From: an uncultured Gemmatimonadaceae bacterium
GTDB taxonomy: Bacteria; Gemmatimonadota; Gemmatimonadetes; Gemmatimonadales; Gemmatimonadaceae
DNA length: 64,000 bases
Assembly: GCA_963790305.1 (NCBI GenBank)
Contig: CAWBOC010000009.1
Span: 956,911-1,020,910, forward strand
Reading direction: 5' to 3'
Within the stretch, counting starts at the first letter, position 1. Every line of letters starts with the position of its first letter. The notes below the pieces were generated by a model. It did not search any database and had not been told where the DNA came from. It saw only the letters and a list, made by a program, of their open reading frames with translations. The translations under genes and the position numbers were made by a program. This document shows positions 12,359 to 21,035 of this stretch, piece after piece.

Positions 12359-12654
12359 GTCGCTTACGGTTGAGGCGGGAGACGATTGGTTTGTGGAACG
12401 CCGGCGATCATGCGCGAGAAAGCCACCGATGCCGCGCGCGACGGTTTCGCAAGAACCGAGCGCTCGGCGACCACTGTGTTGGTGGTCGGCTAAGTCGTTG
12501 TCGAGTATAGGGATATCGGCGGTGTTACCACGCTCGAATGCGTGCCACGCGCAGGCCCGTGTGGCGGGTGCGCAACGAGAGCCAATGCCGCGCAACACCT
12601 GATGATGGGGTTCCACACTTCGCGCCTCGCCGCCTCGCGGCGAGGGGTAACGGG

Positions 12655-13962
12655 CTATCGGGCGGAGCGTCCTTCCTCGATCAGCCCGACCGCCGGAATC
12701 CGCGGGCTCAGGCCGCCCAGATCGGCACCGGACGCGATGGAAACGGGCGCGTCAGACGGCAACGGGCCTGCGACTCCCCGCCGCTCATAATTGAAAAAGC
12801 GCTTCAAAGCCAGAAAATGCTTCTCGAAGAGATGCCAACTGGCGAAGGCGAGGGCGTAGGAGATGCCAATTCCGGCTAGCAGTACGCCGACCTGTGCCGG
12901 TAGCTGCGAGCCGAGGACGGTCGGAAGCTTCCCGTCCAGCTGCGTCAGCTGCCCGTGGAAGACGTTGCGGACGACGATGTGGATCAGATACAGCGCATAG
13001 CTGTACCGGCCGAACGCGGCGAGTGTCGCCGAGCTCAGCACCCGCGCCGTCCGTGAGGAATCCGGAGCCGCTATCGCTCGCACCAGGAGCGCGCCGAAAA
13101 GAAGGGAAATCGGCGTGTACGCTCCCAGCTGGACTCGAACATCGAGCGGGGGGAGGATCCCGCCAACGGCGACCAGCGTCCACCCGATGACGATGGCGAG
13201 CCAGACTGCAGCACCGAGCATCACCGGCCGCGAGAAGCGGAGCAGCATTGCCGCACCGGAGGGGTCTCGTGCGAGCACCGCTACGAGCGCCCCAACCGCG
13301 AGCGCGTCAATCCGAGCCGGCATCAGCGCGTAACCCGCGATGCCATCCGCAGCCGAATAGTGGAGGCCGAGGCGCGTCAGCTCGGCAAATACGATCGCAC
13401 CGACGCAGATCTGAACGAGGCGTCGTCGACTCGCGAAGAAAACGATGAGCGGCCAGAGCAGGTAGAACTGCTCTTCGATCGCGAGAGACCAGAGATGGGT
13501 CGTGTGACCCGGCATGCCCTCCCAACCGACTCTCGCGAACATGACGTTGCTGAGGTACGTCCAGAGCCAGAACTGCGTCCCGGCGGGGACCGCGGTCGCC
13601 GGGCGTACCATTGGGAGCAGGATGAGCACGAACACGAGAAACGCGTAGTACAGCGGGAAGATTCGGAGCACCCGCCGCATGTAGAAATTGCGGAAGAAGT
13701 GCGCGCCGCCCTTCGCGTCGTACAGGATTCCCGTGATGAGGAAGCCGGAGAGGACGAAAAAGAGGTCGACCCCCACCCACCCCACCCTCGTGACCTCGAA
13801 GAAAACGAGCTCAGCGCCGGTCACCGCATTCACGAGTGTGAAGTGGAGGACCATCACGCAGAGGACGGCGATGCCCCGCATTCCATCGAGCACGGGGATG
13901 TGAGGGCGAGTAACGCGGGCCGAAAACGCGTTCGCCGACTCGGATCGGAGAGGAGCCGTCAT
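12655..13962 (-). CDS. Acyltransferase family 3 (OafA-like membrane O-acyltransferase)
   Basis: Motifs LDGMRGIAV, GVDLFFVLSGFLI, FYMRRVLRIFPLY and HLWSLAIEEQFY. ATG overlaps the PPTase stop (ATGA). Confidence 0.9.
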   Translation of the reverse strand: MTAPLRSESANAFSARVTRPHIPVLDGMRGIAVLCVMVLHFTLVNAVTGAELVFFEVTRVGWVGVDLFFVLSGFLITGILYDAKGGAHFFRNFYMRRVLRIFPLYYAFLVFVLILLPMVRPATAVPAGTQFWLWTYLSNVMFARVGWEGMPGHTTHLWSLAIEEQFYLLWPLIVFFASRRRLVQICVGAIVFAELTRLGLHYSAADGIAGYALMPARIDALAVGALVAVLARDPSGAAMLLRFSRPVMLGAAVWLAIVIGWTLVAVGGILPPLDVRVQLGAYTPISLLFGALLVRAIAAPDSSRTARVLSSATLAAFGRYSYALYLIHIVVRNVFHGQLTQLDGKLPTVLGSQLPAQVGVLLAGIGISYALAFASWHLFEKHFLALKRFFNYERRGVAGPLPSDAPVSIASGADLGGLSPRIPAVGLIEEGRSAR

Positions 13963-14780
13963 TGAGTGGTGCCTTCGGTCCATCGCCACGAGAAAAGCCG
14001 GCCGACTGGACCGTTGATCGCCACCGCACCCAGGTATCCGTTGGCGGGAAGCAATTCATAGAGGTTCCACCCAGACGCCTCTCGCGGCTCCTCGAGCGAG
14101 GGAAGATCCGCCGGCACCGCCGACAGCATCGTGTCGAAGCCACTCAAGGCGACGGAGAGGTCACCCCCGGTCGCTTTCGCGTACGATTCCTTTCGCGTCC
14201 AGCACCGGTAGAACGCGTCGCGCCTGGCTGTGTTTTCCAGCGTGCGCAGCGTTTCGCGCTCGCGAGACGTGAAGTAGCTCTCGACGATCGAATCGAGCTC
14301 GGAGATCGGCCGCACACGCTCGACGTCCACGCCGATCTCGCGACCGAGCGTGACGGCGATCAGCGCCATGTCTTCGGTGTGCGACAGGTTGAAGCGCAGG
14401 GCCGTGGGCCCGCTCTCATCGGACAGCGCCGGCTTGCCGTTCTTGCCGATCGTGAACCGCAACAACCGCGGGTCAGTCTTGCGGTATCCGGCGAGCACGC
14501 GACGAAGAATGCCGTGCGCCACGACGTACCGCCGCCGGTCGCCCTCGCTGCGAAACCGCTCCGCCCGGTTGAGCTCCTGGAGCGACAGCAGCGACTCGAG
14601 GGTACGCACGCTCGCAGCCGGCTGCTGGAGGGACGCCGCCCACACGTGGACTTCGTCCACTTTCAGCGTCGGCCGCACTCGCGGCACCGGCCACAGCAGC
14701 GCCTCGGTGGGCGTTATCTGCTCAGCGGACGTGTGCAGCATGGACGTCGGCCGGGGTGGCAGGGTCGGAGGCGCGCGCAT
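13959..14780 (-). CDS. Sfp-type 4'-phosphopantetheinyl transferase
   Basis: Motifs GKP, FNLSH, IGVDVE and WTRKESYAKA; next to the NRPS/PKS genes. Start may be 14741. Confidence 0.92.
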   Translation of the reverse strand: MRAPPTLPPRPTSMLHTSAEQITPTEALLWPVPRVRPTLKVDEVHVWAASLQQPAASVRTLESLLSLQELNRAERFRSEGDRRRYVVAHGILRRVLAGYRKTDPRLLRFTIGKNGKPALSDESGPTALRFNLSHTEDMALIAVTLGREIGVDVERVRPISELDSIVESYFTSRERETLRTLENTARRDAFYRCWTRKESYAKATGGDLSVALSGFDTMLSAVPADLPSLEEPREASGWNLYELLPANGYLGAVAINGPVGRLFSWRWTEGTTQ

Positions 14781-15978
14781 CCGCCTCCTCCCTGCGATCG
14801 AGTGAGGTTGGTGAGACTTCCAGGCCGCGAACCCATCGCGCGAGCAGCTCGCGCTCCCGCAGCGACAGAAAGCGATGCGTGGGAAGCGTCACGAGGGTAC
14901 GTCGCAGCGCGCGAGCGCCGGGATGCTCCCGCTCGCCGACGCAGAGGTGGGCCCGGAGCTCCCCCTGCTCCATCAGTGTCAGCGGGTACCCGCTCGACAT
15001 CCCGAGGCGCGGATCGATCGGTCGACCGAGTTTGTTGCGCACCGCAGCCCGGAGATAGCCACTCTCTCCACCCGCGAGGACCCGTACGGGCTCGATGCCG
15101 CGGCTTCGCTCGGCACCCACCGTCATTGCTGCCGCATTCCGACGCCGGAGGTTTGCCTCGGCGTCCTCATAGGCGAGCGCGTCGCGCACTAGCACAGCGG
15201 CCGCGCGGGAGAGAGAAGATGGCTCGTGCGCTGGATGATAGACCATCTCGCCGAGGTGGAGCATCGGGAGACTGGCGGGCAGCGCGTAGAGTGAGGGTCG
15301 CCCGAGCAGCCACTGCGCGGTGGCGACGGCCGCATCGGACCAGCCTCGCGGCGGATCGCCGAGTCGGAGCGCCGCGGCGCGCTCAGCGAGCGCCGTGTCA
15401 CGGAGCAGCAATGCGCCGCCTCGACCGCCTGTGATTCCCTTCCCCCGTCCGAAGCTGAGGATGGACAGCGGTGCGAGCGCGCCGAGCCGGGTGCCGTCGA
15501 GCGTTCCGCCGGTGCCCTGGGCTGCGTCCTCGATCACGCTCACGCCAGCCTCGGCCGCGATGCGCGCCACGCCCGGCACATCGGCTGGGTAGCCGTAGAA
15601 GTGGGCGACGACGATAGCGTCCACGCCGCGCGACACGGTGCGGGCCACCGATTCGAGATCGGGGCTCAACGTGGCCGGATCGACGTCGTAGAGGCGAGCA
15701 CGAACGCCGGCGAAGATCGCCGCGGCAGTGAGATCGATGCAGCCGTAGGCCGGAAGCGCGACCGTGCCGCCTGCACCGGCCGTTAGGCGCATCGCCAGCA
15801 CCAGCGCCGACGTGCCGCTGTCGGTGAGCGCGACGGCCGCCGCGCCGAATCGTCCCGCCAGCGTCGTCGTGACTTCGGCATGAGCGCGATCGCCGGCGAC
15901 GACGGCGCCGCCCATCGCCCTAACGAGGGCGAGGGGCCGGATGGGCGAATGAACCGGCGGCTGCCGTCGACCGATCAC
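14722..15978 (-). CDS. DegT/DnrJ/EryC1/StrS family PLP-dependent aminotransferase
   Basis: Motifs SGTSAL, HFYGYP, IEDAAQ, SFGRGK (PLP lysine) and LPTH. GTG at 15978 overlaps the upstream stop (GTGA). Confidence 0.85.
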   Translation of the reverse strand: MIGRRQPPVHSPIRPLALVRAMGGAVVAGDRAHAEVTTTLAGRFGAAAVALTDSGTSALVLAMRLTAGAGGTVALPAYGCIDLTAAAIFAGVRARLYDVDPATLSPDLESVARTVSRGVDAIVVAHFYGYPADVPGVARIAAEAGVSVIEDAAQGTGGTLDGTRLGALAPLSILSFGRGKGITGGRGGALLLRDTALAERAAALRLGDPPRGWSDAAVATAQWLLGRPSLYALPASLPMLHLGEMVYHPAHEPSSLSRAAAVLVRDALAYEDAEANLRRRNAAAMTVGAERSRGIEPVRVLAGGESGYLRAAVRNKLGRPIDPRLGMSSGYPLTLMEQGELRAHLCVGEREHPGARALRRTLVTLPTHRFLSLRERELLARWVRGLEVSPTSLDRREEADARASDPATPADVHAAHVR

Positions 15979-16871
15979 GCCGTCGCGACCCCGATGCCGC
16001 GCGACGAACGCGGGGTAAGATCGCGCCACTCACATCGACGCGCCGCCGACGTGAACCGGAAATCGCCGAGCAGCCGCTCGAGCCGCGCGTGCGTTCCGGC
16101 GATTCCGCGATAGTGGCGGAGCCCCGTCACCCACGAGACGGGCAATCGCGGCTGCGCGTCGTCGAGCTCCCAGGGGTGGATGTAGAACGTCCCGGTCCGC
16201 CCTTCCTGCTGACATTGCCGAAAGGCGTGACGGGTAAGGGCGTACGGGAATTGGCGGAAGTATCCGCCACCCGCGGCGGGAATTTGCAGGCCGCCGATTC
16301 GCGCCGTGGTGAGCGGAAACTCGACGATGACGCCGGAGGGGGTCGACCTCAGGTGGGGCGAAGTCGGCGCGGCTGGATAGCCGTATCCCGGTCGGCGAAT
16401 TGGGAAGAGGCTGGAGTCGTACCGATAGCCTTCCTCGAGCAGGACCTCGAAGGCCCACTCCAGGCCGGGCACGATCGAGAAGCTCGGTGCGCGAAAACCC
16501 TGAACGAGCTGCCCGGAGATGTCCTCGAGCAGGCGTCGCGAATCACGCACGTCGGCGCGAAACTGCTCGGGTGAAAGAGTGCCGACCCGGCGATGCCACC
16601 AGCCGTGGGAGGCGATCTCGTGACCGGCATTGGCGATCCGACGAACGATCCTCGGATTCGCCTCGGCGATCCAGCCGAGACAAAAGAAGGTGCCCGTCGT
16701 GGCGTGCCGGTCGAGAAGGGTCAGTATCGCATCTACCCCAATGTCGACGCGCGACGCGTACGAAGGCCAATCCCGTCGCGATACCACTCCCTCGAACGCG
16801 TTGACCTGGAAGTACTCCTCCACGTCAACCGAGAAGATGTGCGGATGAGGAGCGGGATCGGATCGAGGCAT
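15975..16871 (-). CDS. Polysaccharide deacetylase, XrtA/PEP-CTERM-system type
   Basis: Motifs SVDVEEYFQV, GHEIASHGWWH, GFRAPSFSI, YDSSLFP, GGGYFR and YIHPWELD. Confidence 0.9.
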   Translation of the reverse strand: MPRSDPAPHPHIFSVDVEEYFQVNAFEGVVSRRDWPSYASRVDIGVDAILTLLDRHATTGTFFCLGWIAEANPRIVRRIANAGHEIASHGWWHRRVGTLSPEQFRADVRDSRRLLEDISGQLVQGFRAPSFSIVPGLEWAFEVLLEEGYRYDSSLFPIRRPGYGYPAAPTSPHLRSTPSGVIVEFPLTTARIGGLQIPAAGGGYFRQFPYALTRHAFRQCQQEGRTGTFYIHPWELDDAQPRLPVSWVTGLRHYRGIAGTHARLERLLGDFRFTSAARRCEWRDLTPRSSRGIGVATA

Positions 16872-16910
16872 CGAATTGGATGGGGATCGGGGCGGCCGGG
16901 CGGCGCACTC

Positions 16911-16925
16911 GCAGTTAGCCTGCCA
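16911..16925 (-). promoter_or_regulatory. Candidate sigma-54 (-24/-12) promoter of the deacetylase-NRPS-PKS operon
   Basis: Minus strand reads TGGCAGG-CTAA-CTGC (GG-N10-GC), 40 bp upstream of the ATG at 16871. Confidence 0.5.
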
Positions 16926-17031
16926 CCGAACCAGCCCTGCGCGCGCGGGTGAGCCCTTACCCTAAGCCCTTATTGGGCAATCGGTAGCGGCGGACCAATC
17001 CGTCGTTGACCGGGGTCGCGGGAGCGCGGTC

Positions 17032-17049
17032 TGTGGCGGATCCGCCACA
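17032..17049. promoter_or_regulatory. Perfect 18-bp palindrome, candidate activator or regulator site
   Basis: TGTGGCGGATCCGCCACA (TGT-N12-ACA) in the divergent intergenic region, ~110 bp upstream of the sigma-54-like element. Confidence 0.4.
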
Positions 17050-17124
17050 TCCGCACAGCGGGTGTTGTTACGCCCCCCCACCTGCCTCGTCCCGTGCAAT
17101 GATGCGCCGCCCCTCCCCCCCTCT

Positions 17125-17748
17125 ATGCGCACACTCATAGCACTCATCGCGACCGTCGCCGGCGTCTTGCCGCTGGCCCGAGGCGTATGCGCCCAGTCGG
17201 CCTACGTGCTCGATCGATCCACCTCCCGCGTGACATTCCGCGGTCGAGCCTTTATCCAACAGATCATCGGACGAAGCGAGGAGCTCGCCGGCAGAGTCGT
17301 CATGTCCGGCAGCGACGTGCGGTCGCTCCGTGGTGACGTGCGCTTCAATGTCGCCTCGATCGCAACCGACCCCGTGGTGGAGTCCGAGGCCCTGCTGAAG
17401 CTCTTTGGCGGGGATCGCCATCCGACCGTCACGTTTCAGGTGGATTCCGTCGAGCGCGGATTCGACGGAGGCCCGTGGACAGTGCACGGCCGGCTCTCCA
17501 TGAACGGAGTCACCCGCCCCGTCGCCTTCTTCGGGCAAGCCAACGTCACGGGTCGCCAGGTGGTCGCGAGCGGCACAACCTCTGTGGATGTGCGCGACTG
17601 GGGCATAAGTCCACCGCGCCGCTTCGGGGGTCTGATCGGCATGTCGCCTCAGATCACGCTGAGCTTTCGCGCGGAGTTCCGGGCGCGCGGTGGCGGCGTG
17701 CAGACTACGGCACTCTCCTTCCCCGACGGTCGCACCAATCACCGCTGA
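17125..17748 (+). CDS. YceI family periplasmic lipid/polyisoprenoid-binding protein
   Basis: Signal peptide, then YVLDRSTSRVTF, HPTVTF, VHGRLSMNGVTRPV and VDVRDWGISPP. Confidence 0.75.
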   Translation: MRTLIALIATVAGVLPLARGVCAQSAYVLDRSTSRVTFRGRAFIQQIIGRSEELAGRVVMSGSDVRSLRGDVRFNVASIATDPVVESEALLKLFGGDRHPTVTFQVDSVERGFDGGPWTVHGRLSMNGVTRPVAFFGQANVTGRQVVASGTTSVDVRDWGISPPRRFGGLIGMSPQITLSFRAEFRARGGGVQTTALSFPDGRTNHR

Positions 17749-17844
17749 GCGCCACTAGCGCGGCGCAAACGCTCCTACCATAGATAGGTCGAATTCGCGC
17801 ATCGTCGTGCGCGGTCGTGGACCAACTCACATGGTGGGCACGCA

Positions 17845-19404
17845 ATGCCGTCTCAGGCTGCCCCGCGGCGCGCGGTCGAGTCGCTCGACCCCGCCACGGG
17901 CGAGGTATGGCGCACCTGGACTCCCCCGGATCGCGCCGCCATCGATGCCGCCGTGTCTCGCGCTCGCGCGGAGCAGCCCGGCTGGGCGGCTCGACCGTTG
18001 GGTGAACGCCGGCGGATCCTGGGAAAATTCCGTCTCGCGTTGACCGACGGCCGTCGGGAGGTCGCCGCGCTCATCGAGCGCGAGACCGGTAAGCCCGCGG
18101 CCGAGGCGATGGCGGCCGACATCCTCACGACGCTCGACGTCGCCAGGTTCTGCCAGCGTGCCGCACCTCGCGTGCTTCGTCCGACCTCGTTCACGCCGGC
18201 GAACATCGCGATGTGGCGCAAGCGCGTGACGATCCTCCGCGAGCCTCACGGGGTGATCGGGGTCATCTCGCCCTGGAACTATCCGCTGCTGCTTCCCGCC
18301 AGCGCGTCGCTCGCGGCGCTCGTCTCCGGAAATGCGGTGATCCTCAAGCCCTCGGAGCTGACCCCCTCCACCGCGATCCGGCTCGCCGAGCTCCTGCATG
18401 CGGCGGGTGTTCCGGACGCAATCTTTCAGGTGCTGCCAGGCGATGGGGCAACCGGTGCCGCGCTCGCCGCCGCGCACGTGGACAAGATCATGTTCACCGG
18501 AAGTGCGGCGACCGGCAGAAAGGTCGCCGCCGCGTGTGCCGAGCGGCTGATTCCCTGCTGCCTCGAGCTGGGCGGAAGCGACCCGGCGATCGTGCTCGAC
18601 GATGCCGATCTCGCGACGGCCGCGAGTGGCGTTCTCTGGGGGCGATTCACCAATGCGGGACAGACGTGCGTCGCGCCGAAGCGGGCGATCGTGATCGATT
18701 CCGTGTACGATCAGTTCGTCGGTCACCTGCAGACGGCCGCACAACGTTTGGTCGTTGGCGCGGGCTCCTCGGGAAGCGACGTCGGTCCAATGATTCGGCC
18801 GTGGCAGGCGGATGTCCTCGAGGCGCAGCTTGGCGACGCGGTCGCGCGCGGCGGGAAGGCGCATGGCGCAGCACGCACGTCGCGCGAATTCTTTGCGCCA
18901 ACGGTCGTCTCGGAAGTGACCTCGGAGATGCGCATTGCGCGCGAGGAGACGTTCGGACCGCTGCTCGCCGTCATACGCGCGCGCGATGACGACCACGCCG
19001 TCTCCATCGCCAACGCCACTCCCTTCGGATTGAGTGCGAGTGTGTGGGGCCGTGATCTCACTCGCGCGCAGCGAGTTGCGGAGCGTGTCGCGGCCGGGAC
19101 CGTCCACGTGAACGATGTCGTGTCGGTCGTCGGTATGGCCGACGTCCCGCATGGTGGTATAAAGGAAAGCGGCTTTGGGCGGATTCATGGGGATGCAGGA
19201 CTTCGTGAGTGCGTCCGCGAAAAGTCCATCGTCGTCGACCTGTTCGCGCGTTGGCGTCAGCCCTGGTGGTTCGGCTACGGCGAGGATCACGCTCGGAACA
19301 TCGACGCCTTCGCTCGCTTCTGGCATGGCCGAGGGATGGGGGACCGCGTGAGCGGCGCGTGGCGATCGATGAAGATGCTGTTCTCGAAGGCTCGCCCCAT
19401 CTAG
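17845..19404 (+). CDS. Aldehyde dehydrogenase
   Basis: Motifs PWNYP, KPSE, FTGS, LELGG, catalytic NAGQTC, EETFGP and GGIKESGFGR. Confidence 0.93.
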   Translation: MPSQAAPRRAVESLDPATGEVWRTWTPPDRAAIDAAVSRARAEQPGWAARPLGERRRILGKFRLALTDGRREVAALIERETGKPAAEAMAADILTTLDVARFCQRAAPRVLRPTSFTPANIAMWRKRVTILREPHGVIGVISPWNYPLLLPASASLAALVSGNAVILKPSELTPSTAIRLAELLHAAGVPDAIFQVLPGDGATGAALAAAHVDKIMFTGSAATGRKVAAACAERLIPCCLELGGSDPAIVLDDADLATAASGVLWGRFTNAGQTCVAPKRAIVIDSVYDQFVGHLQTAAQRLVVGAGSSGSDVGPMIRPWQADVLEAQLGDAVARGGKAHGAARTSREFFAPTVVSEVTSEMRIAREETFGPLLAVIRARDDDHAVSIANATPFGLSASVWGRDLTRAQRVAERVAAGTVHVNDVVSVVGMADVPHGGIKESGFGRIHGDAGLRECVREKSIVVDLFARWRQPWWFGYGEDHARNIDAFARFWHGRGMGDRVSGAWRSMKMLFSKARPI

Positions 19405-19413
19405 CTTCCCGCC

Positions 19414-20007
19414 ATGCTTGGTCTCGTTGGGGTGCTCGACGCAGTCCTGGGCGTGCTGCGATTGGTCGTGTTCATCATCGCCGCGGCGGCGCTCGTCATC
19501 TTTACGATCGACTGGCTCGTGCGCACGCGGCGCGTGAGCCCGTTCGGGGCGGTCGCGCGGTTTTTCCGGCGGGTCGTCGATCCGCTGATCGTCCCCATCG
19601 AGCATCGTGTGGTGCGCGCAGGCGGCTTGCCGTCGAGCGCGCCGTGGTGGGCGCTCATCGCGGTCGTCATCGGCGGCCTGGTGGTGCTTGCTCTCCTCGA
19701 ATTCATTAGAGGCCAGCTCGAGTTCGCGGCGAGCGCGAGCGGCGCTGGCGCTCGCGGCTTCATCGCGGTGCTGGTCACGTGGATATTCGGTATCCTCCAG
19801 CTCGCGCTCATCGTTCGGGTCATCTCGTCGTGGGTGCGGCTCTCCGAGTGGTCGAAGTGGATTCGGTGGACGATACCGATCACGGAGTGGTTGCTGCGGC
19901 CGCTGCGAAAGTTCATCCCTCCGCTCGCGGGCACCATCGATCTATCGCCCCTCGTGGCGTGGCTTCTGCTGGCAGTAGCAAAGGGGATCATCCTGAATGC
20001 CCTGTGA
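19414..20007 (+). CDS. yggT: YggT family membrane protein
   Basis: Two YGGT-like halves; C-terminal TEWLLRPLRKFIPP...IDLSPLVA. Confidence 0.85.
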   Translation: MLGLVGVLDAVLGVLRLVVFIIAAAALVIFTIDWLVRTRRVSPFGAVARFFRRVVDPLIVPIEHRVVRAGGLPSSAPWWALIAVVIGGLVVLALLEFIRGQLEFAASASGAGARGFIAVLVTWIFGILQLALIVRVISSWVRLSEWSKWIRWTIPITEWLLRPLRKFIPPLAGTIDLSPLVAWLLLAVAKGIILNAL

Positions 20008-20031
20008 GCACCCACCAGACTCGGTGAACGC

Positions 20032-20451
20032 ATGGCGATCGTTTTCCTGATTGGGGCCGAAGCCGCGTTGCTCGAGGGCATCGCGCAGACGCTCGCCGCC
20101 GCGGGCCATCAGCCGCGGGTGTTTCACGGCGTGGCTGATGCACACGTCCGCGCGCGCGGGGAGGTGCCGCTCGTCGCCGTCGTCGAGCGCGCACTCGCCG
20201 CTGCCGATGCCGCGGCGCTGCGTCTTCCGCTCGCGGTCGGGGGTGCGACTCTGCTCTATCGGTCGGGCGCCGACGCCGAGGCTGACCCCGCGCTTTCGCT
20301 CGCCGTCCAGCGCCTCGTCATGGCCGAGCTCACACTTCCATTGGAGCGGCACCGGCTCCTCGCGCTCATCCAGCGGGTGGAAGAGCGCGCGCGGGTCACG
20401 GGCCGTGGAGCGCGCGGGACGGACACGCCGCCGGAGCAGCGCGCACCCTGA
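20032..20451 (+). CDS. Hypothetical protein, possibly a degenerate receiver-like fold
   Basis: Co-oriented ORF with typical codon usage. The beta/alpha pattern resembles a REC domain but the acidic pocket is missing. Confidence 0.6.
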   Translation: MAIVFLIGAEAALLEGIAQTLAAAGHQPRVFHGVADAHVRARGEVPLVAVVERALAAADAAALRLPLAVGGATLLYRSGADAEADPALSLAVQRLVMAELTLPLERHRLLALIQRVEERARVTGRGARGTDTPPEQRAP

Positions 20452-20489
20452 GGATGGGGATTGCACGCAAAAGAACGACAACGGCTATT

Positions 20490-20549
20490 AACGCAGAGGA
20501 CGTAGAGGACGCAGAGGTTGTCCTCCGCGTCCTCTGCGTCCTCTGCGTT
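20490..20549. repeat. Hairpin element of 9-bp units (ACGCAGAGG x3 / CCTCTGCGT x3)
   Basis: AACGCAGAGGACGTAGAGGACGCAGAGG-TTGT-CCTCCGCGTCCTCTGCGTCCTCTGCGTT. Related copy at 35557-35615. Confidence 0.85.
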
Positions 20550-20584
20550 CAGAACGGCTTGGTTTTGCCTTTCACTCGTCGGCT

Positions 20585-20875
20585 TTGACGCCCATCGCGA
20601 TCAGTATCCTCGCTGACGCAGTCCGCTTCCACGTATACGTCCAGCCCCGAGCCTCGCGGAGCGAGATCGTTGGCGCGCACAATGGGGCGCTGCGGGTGAG
20701 ACTGACGTCAGCCCCGGTGGATAACGCGGCGAACGAGGCGCTCGTCGAGCTGCTCGCGAAGGCACTGCACGTTGCGAGGCGCGATATTCGCATAGTCGCG
20801 GGCGCTGCATCTCGCCGAAAAGTCGTTGAGATAGATGGCGTTAGCCGGGATCAGGTCGCCGCGCTTGCCGGGTGA
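20585..20875 (+). CDS. DUF167 (YggU/UPF0235) family protein
   Basis: VYVQPRASRSEI...APVDNAANEALVELLA...GAASRRK; close to yggT. Confidence 0.85.
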   Translation: MTPIAISILADAVRFHVYVQPRASRSEIVGAHNGALRVRLTSAPVDNAANEALVELLAKALHVARRDIRIVAGAASRRKVVEIDGVSRDQVAALAG

Positions 20876-20889
20876 GGCGACATTTGTTC

Positions 20890-20918
20890 TTGCCGCCAGT
20901 CGCGCACAAGGCTAGGTT
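20890..20918 (+). promoter_or_regulatory. Candidate sigma-70 promoter for the riboswitch-metH transcript
   Basis: TTGCCG-N17-TAGGTT immediately upstream of the riboswitch. Confidence 0.45.
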
Positions 20919-20934
20919 GCAGCTAACAACTGAA

Positions 20935-20986
20935 CCCGTGGCGATTTAACGGCAACTTGCGGCCACGTTAATCAACAGCTAAAGCG
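20935..20986 (+). ncRNA. SAM-II (SAM_alpha-like) riboswitch
   Basis: CGTGGC-GATTTAAC...TTGC-G-GCCACG-TTAA...GCTAAA matches the SAM-II pattern as recalled (P1 CGUGGC/GCCACG, GAUUU...GCUAAA pseudoknot). It lies directly upstream of methionine synthase. Confidence 0.8.
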
Positions 20987-20988
20987 CC

Positions 20989-21023
20989 GGCGCGAAGCCG
21001 GGACGGCTTAGGCGCCTTTTTTT
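20989..21023 (+). terminator. Intrinsic terminator (riboswitch expression platform)
   Basis: GGCGC-G-AAGCCG-GGA-CGGCTT-AG-GCGCC followed by T7. Confidence 0.75.
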
Positions 21024-21035
21024 CGTCGGTACGTC

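Noticed and set aside
12533..12547. Sigma-54 promoter upstream of the NRPS (TGGCACG on the minus strand)
   Set aside because: The -12 GC is missing at the required spacing (TGGCACG-CATT-CGAG).
12359..12616. N-terminal 86-aa extension of the NRPS in the ORF track
   Set aside because: No domain similarity and intergenic-like composition; the C domain begins just after Met 12358.
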